From assembly GCA_964596585.1 (NCBI GenBank), contig CAZQUM010000004.1, forward strand, positions 1-24,000: 24,000 bases of DNA. Direction: 5' to 3'. Origin of the DNA: an uncultured Gammaproteobacteria bacterium. GTDB taxonomy: Bacteria; Patescibacteriota; Microgenomatia; UBA12405. Shown piece after piece: positions 13,542-20,665 of this stretch. Position 1 is the stretch's first letter. Every line of letters starts with the position of its first letter. The notes beneath the pieces are model-generated. The model was not told the origin of the DNA and did no database searches. It saw only the letters and a program-made list of their open reading frames with translations. The translations under genes and the position numbers were made by a program.

Positions 13542-14447
13542 GTGTTAGCGCTTATTCAAGCCCTTCGGCCCAATCAATGGATTAAAAATCTAAGTATTTT
13601 TGCGGCAATTATTCTCACTAGTCAACTTTTTAATCCATCTGCATTTATTTCCACCCTCTTGGCATTTATTTCTTTTTGTTTTCTTTCCTCCTCATCATAT
13701 CTCATAAATGATATTGTCGATATCGACAAAGACCGCCTTCACCCCATCAAAAAAAACCGTCCTATTGCCCGAGGCGATGTATCTAAACAGTTGGCCATAA
13801 TAGTATCCATAATATTACTAATTCTGGGCTTACTTATCGCCTCATTTGTTAATAGTGCTTTCTTTATACTGGCATTAACATTTATTATTCTTCAATACTC
13901 TTATTCTTTTCTAATAAAGAAGAAGGCAATTTTAGACATTATGGGTATTGCCTTGTTTTTTATAATTCGCACTTATGCCGGAGAATTATCCAGTGGTTTC
14001 CACCTACCTGTTTGGATTTTGTTAGCCGTTATCTTCCTTTCTCTTTTTATTGCCAGTGGCAAAAGGAGAAGTGAATTGTACCGCAGTGGCAAATTAACCA
14101 GAAAAGCATTGGAAGGTTACAATAAAGCTCTTTTAAATTTTTACACTACTATTTTTGCTGTTTGCACTCTTATTTGTTATGCCATGTTTACTTTTCTTGC
14201 GGAACCACTTAGTTTTGACGGAGCTCTTCATCAATTTCTTTTAGAAAATTACCCCTCTGCTCTTGATAGAAAGTGGTGGATGATTACACTAATTCCTGTT
14301 ATTTTTGGAATTATGCGCTATGGTCAAATTATTTTTGAGATGCAGGAAGGAGAGCGACCCGAAAGAGTTGTTGCCACTGATATCCCACTTTTAGCCTCAA
14401 TAGTCCTTTGGGGGCTGATGATAATTACTATCATCTATGTACTTTAA
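13542..14447 (+). CDS. UbiA-family prenyltransferase, decaprenyl-phosphate phosphoribosyltransferase-like (DPPR synthase subfamily)
   Basis: 301 aa with a GTG start. Subfamily-type motifs: LRPNQWIKNL, YLINDIVDIDKDRLHPIKKNRPIARGD (NDxxDxxxDRxHPxKxxRPxAxG), FFIIRTYAGE, SGKRRSEL. About 8 TM segments. Confidence 0.75.
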   Translation: MLALIQALRPNQWIKNLSIFAAIILTSQLFNPSAFISTLLAFISFCFLSSSSYLINDIVDIDKDRLHPIKKNRPIARGDVSKQLAIIVSIILLILGLLIASFVNSAFFILALTFIILQYSYSFLIKKKAILDIMGIALFFIIRTYAGELSSGFHLPVWILLAVIFLSLFIASGKRRSELYRSGKLTRKALEGYNKALLNFYTTIFAVCTLICYAMFTFLAEPLSFDGALHQFLLENYPSALDRKWWMITLIPVIFGIMRYGQIIFEMQEGERPERVVATDIPLLASIVLWGLMIITIIYVL

Positions 14448-15897
14448 GCCTTCAAAAATAATATTGGCGGTCCTTTTTTTCTTTGCTGTTTTTACCCGTT
14501 TTTACAAACTAAATTGGGGCGATGGTTATTATTTTCATCCCGATGAAAATAATATGGCCACTGCTCTATCTCAACTTACACCACAAAACTTAAACCCACA
14601 TTTTTTCGCCTATGGACAATTTCCCTTATATCTCGGATATTTTTCACTAAGACTTTTTAATTTACCCAATACAATGCTAAATTCAACCATTATTTTGCGT
14701 TTTTATTCTGCTTTTTTTTCTCTACTTTCATTATATTTTTTTTATAAAACTTTTCCAAATATATATTTTCTAATTCTATTAATTTTTACCCCAGGATTAA
14801 TCCAATTAGCTCACTTTGGTACCACCGAATCCTTGCTTATTTTAGTTTTTATTAACAATCTCTTTATAAGTAAATTGCTGCTTAATAAAGTTAAATTTAA
14901 GTATTTATTTTGGGCGTCGGTAATTAGCGCTGTTGGAATTTCCACTAAAATTTCTGCTCTCTTTTTTACCCTTCCAGTTTTACTGGCTCTTTTTTTAAAA
15001 AAATCGTGGTCTATTATTCCCTTCATTTTTTTCACTTTTATTTTCTCACTAATTCTCTCTCCTTATAATTTAATTTCTTTTCCTGACTTCCTCTCTTCCA
15101 TGCGTTACGAAACAGCAGTTGCCTCTGGCGCCTTACCGGTTTTTTATACCCAACAATTTTCAAAAACCATTCCTTATCTTTTTCAATTTACTCATATTTT
15201 CCCCTATGTTGTTGGATTACCTGTTTTTATCTTTAGTTTTTTTTCTTTAAAAAACTTTAAAAAAATTTTTAAGGATAAATTTAATTCCATTGTTTTTATT
15301 TCAACCTCACTATATTTTCTTTACTTTGCCCAGCTTTATGTTAAGTGGACTCGGTTTATGTCACCAATATTTTTTGTTTTTCCCTTATTAGCCTCATATT
15401 TTATAAAGCGTTTTCCCCGGTTAATTTTTCTGGCCATTTTACCTGGATGTTTTTTTATGGTTAATTATTTTAAAACAGATACCCGTATTATTGCTTCTAA
15501 TTACCTTACAAACAATCTTCCTTCCAATAGCACCTTATTGTCAGAAAGCGGCAACGTTATCAGTCTCCCCTTGGGAGCACACGATATCAATACCATTGAT
15601 TATGATTTCTATAACGACAATTATTCTCCGCAAAAACTAGCCCAAACACTTGTTCGTTCTGACTATATTCTCGTACCTTCAAGACGAGTTTTTAAAAATT
15701 ATTCTTTCCCTTATCACCAAAATTTATTCAATGAAAAACTTGGTTTTTCTCTCCAAAAAGTTTTTCAACCCTTCCCCGATTTTTTGTTAAAATCTGAAAA
15801 TGCTGAAGAAACTTGGACAGTTTTTGATCGACCAACTCTTCGTTTTTATCAAAAAACCAAAATATTTTCTGCTGCTGATTATGAAAAAGCACTTTAA
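14437..15897 (+). CDS. GT-C-fold-like polytopic membrane glycosyltransferase (ArnT/PMT-like), paralog 1
   Basis: 486 aa, many TM helices. First-loop acidic motif LNWGDGYYFHPDENN. A C-terminal soluble region ends ...AEETWTVFDRPTLRFYQK. The start overlaps the upstream gene by 11 nt. Confidence 0.65.
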   Translation: MYFKPSKIILAVLFFFAVFTRFYKLNWGDGYYFHPDENNMATALSQLTPQNLNPHFFAYGQFPLYLGYFSLRLFNLPNTMLNSTIILRFYSAFFSLLSLYFFYKTFPNIYFLILLIFTPGLIQLAHFGTTESLLILVFINNLFISKLLLNKVKFKYLFWASVISAVGISTKISALFFTLPVLLALFLKKSWSIIPFIFFTFIFSLILSPYNLISFPDFLSSMRYETAVASGALPVFYTQQFSKTIPYLFQFTHIFPYVVGLPVFIFSFFSLKNFKKIFKDKFNSIVFISTSLYFLYFAQLYVKWTRFMSPIFFVFPLLASYFIKRFPRLIFLAILPGCFFMVNYFKTDTRIIASNYLTNNLPSNSTLLSESGNVISLPLGAHDINTIDYDFYNDNYSPQKLAQTLVRSDYILVPSRRVFKNYSFPYHQNLFNEKLGFSLQKVFQPFPDFLLKSENAEETWTVFDRPTLRFYQKTKIFSAADYEKAL

Positions 15898-17560
15898 AAA
15901 AAATATTATTTTTTTAATTTTTATTATCGCTTTTTGCCTACGAATTATCGGTCTCAATTGGGATCAAGACAATCACCTTCATCCTGACGAAAGATTTTTA
16001 ACGATGCTTACTGCAGATATTCGTTTCCCCAGTTCAATACAACAATATTTTGATACCAAGACATCCCCCTTAAATCCGTACAATAATCCTCAATACAAAT
16101 TTTTTGTCTATGGCACTTTCCCAGTTTTTTTAACAAAATTTTTTGCAACCGTTTTTAACGGAGATAACTATAATTCCATTACCATTATTGGCCGGATATT
16201 GTCAGCCTTATTAGATTCCGCTAATATTTTTTTCCTCTATCTAATTTTTAAAAAAATTGCCCCGAAAAATAAATTATATTTTCTCCCATCGCTCATTTAC
16301 GCTTTGATGCTTCTGCCTCTTCAGCTTTCTCATTATTACGCTGTCGACACTTTTTTAAATTTTTTCTTGCTATTAACTTTTACTCTACTTATTTACAAAC
16401 GCTTGTTTCTCGCCTCAATTAGTTTTGCCCTTGCCCTTACTTGTAAAATTACCGCTTTCTTATTTTTACCTATTATTTTTTTGACAATAATCTATTTATT
16501 CTTTCGCAATTCTTCCCCTAAAAAAACCCTATTATCTCTCCTTCCAGCTACCATAATCATCTTTTTAGTTTTTAGAATTTTTCAACCATATTCTTTTAAT
16601 GGTCTTATTTCTCCAAATCCTGATTTTATTAATTCTCTCAAAAACTTATCTCAATTTTCTAAACCAGATGTTTATTATCCTCCCGGAGTTCAATGGTTAA
16701 ATCGTCCCATCCCTTTTAATTCTCTTTTAAATAATATTCTTTGGGGATTAGGCTTACCCTTTTCCATTTTATTTGCCATATTGGTTTTAAAATCTTTGAA
16801 AAAAATTAAATTTAACTTTTCAATTATTGCTATTATTTCTTTTTGGATTTGTTGTCTTTTCTTTTTTCAGGCCTTTCAATTTAGCCATGCTTTACGTTAT
16901 TTTTTACTAATTTATCCATATTTGGCCATAGTAGTTTCTTATCTTTTATCAAAATATAATTCTCCCAAAAAATATTTATCTATATTTATTCTTTTCCATT
17001 TTTTAACCGCCCTCTCTTTTTTAGGAATTTATTTCCGTCCGCATTCCCGAATTCAAGCCAGCCAGTGGATTTTTGAAAATATTTCTCCAGAACAAGTTTT
17101 AAGTAATGAATATTGGGATGATGCCCTTCCTTTAAATAGTGACTCATATCAAAATATTTCCTTACCACTTTTTGATCCTGATACTTACGAAAAATGGCAA
17201 AATATTACTCCCGCTCTCGAGCGGGTAGATTATATGGTTTTATCTAGCAATCGACTTTGGGGAACAATACCTAGAGTACCTTTGCGCTATCCAAACACTG
17301 CTCGTTTTTATAAAGATTTATTCTCTGGTCAGGGAAATTTTACCCTCATTAAAAAATTTGTTTCATATCCCGGCTTTACCTTTTCTTCAATGAAAAAATG
17401 TGTTTATATTGGTCCTAGCAATTATCCCGGAATTAAAAACCATTTTATTGACATTGATTACGATTGTCTTTATCCGGGCATTTATTTTAGAGATGATATT
17501 GCCGAGGAAACCTTTACTGTTTACGACCATCCTCAAGTACTAATTTTTAAAAAAAAATAA
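15881..17560 (+). CDS. GT-C-fold-like polytopic membrane glycosyltransferase (ArnT/PMT-like), paralog 2
   Basis: I start at ATG 15881 (MKKHFKKNIIFLIF...) rather than 15800, which lies 98 nt inside the upstream gene. It shares LNWDQDNHLHPDERF and the C-terminal AEETFTVYDHPQVLIFKK with paralog 1. Confidence 0.65.
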   Translation: MKKHFKKNIIFLIFIIAFCLRIIGLNWDQDNHLHPDERFLTMLTADIRFPSSIQQYFDTKTSPLNPYNNPQYKFFVYGTFPVFLTKFFATVFNGDNYNSITIIGRILSALLDSANIFFLYLIFKKIAPKNKLYFLPSLIYALMLLPLQLSHYYAVDTFLNFFLLLTFTLLIYKRLFLASISFALALTCKITAFLFLPIIFLTIIYLFFRNSSPKKTLLSLLPATIIIFLVFRIFQPYSFNGLISPNPDFINSLKNLSQFSKPDVYYPPGVQWLNRPIPFNSLLNNILWGLGLPFSILFAILVLKSLKKIKFNFSIIAIISFWICCLFFFQAFQFSHALRYFLLIYPYLAIVVSYLLSKYNSPKKYLSIFILFHFLTALSFLGIYFRPHSRIQASQWIFENISPEQVLSNEYWDDALPLNSDSYQNISLPLFDPDTYEKWQNITPALERVDYMVLSSNRLWGTIPRVPLRYPNTARFYKDLFSGQGNFTLIKKFVSYPGFTFSSMKKCVYIGPSNYPGIKNHFIDIDYDCLYPGIYFRDDIAEETFTVYDHPQVLIFKKK

Positions 17561-17567
17561 CTAAAAA

Positions 17568-18326
17568 ATGTTTCAAAAAATTTCCTATTACTTAAGCACC
17601 TCTTTATCCTTGTTAAGTAATGTCAAAAGGCTAACTTTCTCTGAAAATTTTCTCCGGGTTACTTTAAAAGATAACAGTATTTTTTTTACCAGAAATATAA
17701 TGGATTTATGGATTATTGCTGAATCTTACCTTAATCGAGATTACGAAAAAAATGGCCAGGAAATTGGTCCTAATTGGCAAATAATTGATATTGGTGCCGC
17801 CTTTGGCGATTTCTCTATTTTTGCGGCAAAACGACAAAAAAATATTCGTGTAATTGCCGTAGAACCTTTACCCAATTCTCAGCTCTTATTACAAAAAAAT
17901 ATAAAAGTAAACGGTCTAACAAATATCATCATTCATTCAGGGGCACTTTATTCAAAAAAACAATTTTTACATATTACTGAAAACAACAAAAATTTTGGCA
18001 ATAGCTCAACTCTTTCCTCCTCCCCTAAAGGGATAAAAGTACCCGCTATTACCCTCTCAGATCTATTTAAAAAATACAAAATTAAACACTGTCATCTGAT
18101 TAAATCAGACTGCGAAGGTGCCGAGTACGATATTTTTTTAAATACTGATTCAAATATATATAAAAAAATAGATCGAATTGTTATGGAATATCATCTTTTT
18201 TCTCGCAATTCTTCAAAAAAATTGAAATCCTTAACCAAACTATTAAATCACCAAGGATTTAACGTAAACCTCACTCCAAACCCGGTTCATTCACAACTAG
18301 GTTTTTTATATGCGCACAAAAATTAA
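17568..18326 (+). CDS. FkbM-family SAM-dependent methyltransferase
   Basis: 252 aa. Motifs: IIDIGAAFGDFSIFAA (SAM-binding glycine motif), VIAVEPLPNS, LIKSDCEGAEYDIF. Confidence 0.8.
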   Translation: MFQKISYYLSTSLSLLSNVKRLTFSENFLRVTLKDNSIFFTRNIMDLWIIAESYLNRDYEKNGQEIGPNWQIIDIGAAFGDFSIFAAKRQKNIRVIAVEPLPNSQLLLQKNIKVNGLTNIIIHSGALYSKKQFLHITENNKNFGNSSTLSSSPKGIKVPAITLSDLFKKYKIKHCHLIKSDCEGAEYDIFLNTDSNIYKKIDRIVMEYHLFSRNSSKKLKSLTKLLNHQGFNVNLTPNPVHSQLGFLYAHKN

Positions 18327-18995
18327 ATTTGACGGTGTTTTTTCTTTAAGCTGGTAGCCTTTTTTTTCAATATTTTTAATATTTTGTTTGGAAATATTTT
18401 CTATGCAAATTACCCGTGGTTTAGTTTTTTCCCATGGCCAAGATTTTATTATTTGGTTATCAAAACCTTCTGTATCCACTGACAAAAAATCAATTTTAAA
18501 ATCAACAATTTCCTTCACTTCCATTATTTTTACCTTCGTTATTTTTTCCAAAACATGCCCTTCTTTAACTGACTTTTTTGCTCCTTGCTTAGAAAAAGTA
18601 TTAAGAGCTGGAATATAAAATTGATAATAATTTAAAAAACCCTTTTTATTACCTACTCCAGCTTTAATATAAATATCTTTAGGTCTCACTTTTTTGAAAT
18701 AACTTTCTATATTTATATTCGGTTCTACAACTTTTCCACTCCATCCTTTTTTATAAAATCGATAAGTATTGCTTAATCTAGTTGGATGATAAGCTCCAAT
18801 TTCTAGGTATTTTCCCTTAAAATCTTTTGGAAAATATTTTTCTATTAATAAGTCCTCACCATTTTGAGAAAAGGAATTTTTAATTTTTTCCAAAAAAAAT
18901 TTACGATATATTTCCCTTATTCCAGCAATTGCTATTTCTTTTACCGAGTAATTTTTTATTAATTTATTCAATTGAAAATGCTCTTTCATAGTCAT
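18306..18995 (-). CDS. FkbM/Methyltransf_21-like methyltransferase
   Basis: 229 aa. Motifs: YLEIGAYHPTRLSNTY, GKVVEPN, FLSVDTEGFDNQI. It lies downstream of the GT4 gene on the same strand. Confidence 0.65.
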   Translation of the reverse strand: MTMKEHFQLNKLIKNYSVKEIAIAGIREIYRKFFLEKIKNSFSQNGEDLLIEKYFPKDFKGKYLEIGAYHPTRLSNTYRFYKKGWSGKVVEPNINIESYFKKVRPKDIYIKAGVGNKKGFLNYYQFYIPALNTFSKQGAKKSVKEGHVLEKITKVKIMEVKEIVDFKIDFLSVDTEGFDNQIIKSWPWEKTKPRVICIENISKQNIKNIEKKGYQLKEKTPSNLIFVRI

Positions 18996-20052
18996 CTACC
19001 GTTTTTTTGTAATCAAACAATTCCAAATTGACAGCTTTTTGTTGGTAGTATTTTTTACCTCTTTTTAACACTAAATTTATTTTTTTTGCCAAGTCTTTAC
19101 TGTCGGCAACTTTAGAAATTTCTCCCATCCTGCTAATTTTTACCGGTACTCTCACCCCCGGTAAATTAGATGCAACCACCGGTGTTCCACATTTTATTGC
19201 TTCTGCTTGAACCATTCCAAAGGCCTCTAAATTGTTAGTGCTAGGTAAAACCAAACAATCAATTTTTTTATAAAAATTAACTAATTCTTTATCACTGATT
19301 CTACCTAATAAACGGGCATTTTTACCCAATTTATTTTTTATTAAATCATAGGTATTGTCTTTATCCAGCTGATTATAAGGTCCTACTAATTCCAAATTTG
19401 CTTTTATTTTTTCCATTGCTTTTACCAAATACGGCAGACCTTTTTCCCAGCTAATTCTACCCACAAAACCAACTATTTTTTGTTTCTTTCCTTGTCCCAA
19501 TTCATTTCCATACTCAGTTAGCTTAATCGGTGGAAAAGTATATATTAATTTTTTTTCAAATTGATTTAAAAATTTTGAATGTTTTGCATAATCCTTACTT
19601 GCTACCACAATTTTATCTGCCATTTTATAAACTAACCAGTGAAGGGGATAAGTAATATAACCGATAATTCGATTCCCAAAATTCCCTCCCCAAAATTCAC
19701 AGTGATGAGTTACCACCAGTTTTTTATGATATATTTTTGCCCATATAGCCAACCATAACGATTCTATTGAGGGTAAATGGGGATTTATAATTTCCGCCCT
19801 TTTAACCATGGCCTTTGCAATTTTTGGATAATTCCACATCAAAAACCCCTTACTTATTTTTTGCCCAGGGATTCTTGTTATTTCTACACCATTACTCTTT
19901 TCTTTTGGCTTTAAATTTTTACTAAATTGGCTACTTATTACCCTTACATCATTTCCTCTTTTCGTTAATTCCTCAGCCAAAATTTTTGCATAATTAGTTA
20001 GTCCAGAAATATGAGGCGAGTAGTAGGTAACTCCAATAAGGATTTTTGCCAT
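18964..20052 (-). CDS. Glycosyltransferase family 4 (GT-B, retaining type)
   Basis: I use ATG 20052 (MAKILIGVTYYSPHISGLTNY) instead of the TTG at 20064 given in the track. The C-terminal E-x7-E region EAFGMVQAEAIKCGTPVVASNLPG is present. Confidence 0.85.
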   Translation of the reverse strand: MAKILIGVTYYSPHISGLTNYAKILAEELTKRGNDVRVISSQFSKNLKPKEKSNGVEITRIPGQKISKGFLMWNYPKIAKAMVKRAEIINPHLPSIESLWLAIWAKIYHKKLVVTHHCEFWGGNFGNRIIGYITYPLHWLVYKMADKIVVASKDYAKHSKFLNQFEKKLIYTFPPIKLTEYGNELGQGKKQKIVGFVGRISWEKGLPYLVKAMEKIKANLELVGPYNQLDKDNTYDLIKNKLGKNARLLGRISDKELVNFYKKIDCLVLPSTNNLEAFGMVQAEAIKCGTPVVASNLPGVRVPVKISRMGEISKVADSKDLAKKINLVLKRGKKYYQQKAVNLELFDYKKTVDDYERAFSIE

Positions 20053-20056
20053 AAGC

Positions 20057-20072
20057 TGATACAATTATCTCA
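20057..20072. promoter_or_regulatory. Overlapping divergent extended -10 elements (plus TGaTACAAT, minus TGaGATAAT)
   Basis: Plus 20057..20065 lies 26 nt before the PAP2 ATG. Minus 20072..20064 lies 11 nt before the GT4 ATG at 20052. Confidence 0.35.
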
Positions 20073-20091
20073 TCAAACTTAAACTGCTACC

Positions 20092-20661
20092 ATGACCAAT
20101 ACCTCCATTTTATTCTGGCAATCCAAAAAAGACTACCTACGTCTATTATCGTCTAAAAAAATAGGTAAAATATTCATCGTTATTTTTAATTATTTAATTT
20201 GGGTTTTCTTTTTTTATCTTTCATATCTTTTAATCAAAATAGACATTAAAATTTTATGGCAACTTCTTTTTGCTACTATTTTTTCTGAAATTATTGAAAG
20301 ATATCTCAAGAATAAAAAATTTTGGTGCCGACCCATGTATAATCACCACGATTCCACTCCTTCTGGTCTAGTTGACTCTTGGTACAAAACAGGCTCTTTT
20401 CCTTCTGGTCATAGTATTAAAAGTGCTTTCTTTTTTCTCTTTCTGCTTCAATATCAAATTTATTCACCTTTAATCTTTATCCTTGTTACTGGCTTACTTC
20501 TTTCATTTAGAGTCCTAGTGGGCTTTCATTATTTAATTGATATTTTTGGTGGCTTTATTATTGGGATTATAATTTGGTTTGTTGTTCATTCTTGGCAAAT
20601 CGATATTCCCTTAAATTATTTTATACAGAATATTTTTAATTTTATTTTTAGGATAAACTAA
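20092..20661 (+). CDS. PAP2-family polyprenyl/lipid phosphate phosphatase
   Basis: 189 aa membrane protein with all three PAP2 motifs: KNKKFWCRP (Kx6RP), PSGHS, and RVLVGFHYLIDI (Rx5Hx3D). Confidence 0.8.
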   Translation: MTNTSILFWQSKKDYLRLLSSKKIGKIFIVIFNYLIWVFFFYLSYLLIKIDIKILWQLLFATIFSEIIERYLKNKKFWCRPMYNHHDSTPSGLVDSWYKTGSFPSGHSIKSAFFFLFLLQYQIYSPLIFILVTGLLLSFRVLVGFHYLIDIFGGFIIGIIIWFVVHSWQIDIPLNYFIQNIFNFIFRIN

Positions 20662-20665
20662 ATAT

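Noticed and set aside
15800-15880. Start at 15800 for GT-C paralog 2, and similarly 11401 for the PilO-like gene and TTG 20064 for the GT4
   Set aside because: These starts lie deep inside the upstream genes, or use a rare TTG four codons before a canonical MAKILI... start. The downstream ATGs (15881, 11473, 20052) give typical short coupling overlaps and sensible N-termini.
14811-18618. Track ORFs 14811..15035 (-), 16986..17168 (-) and 18388..18618 (+)
   Set aside because: They are antisense shadows within the GT-C and FkbM genes.
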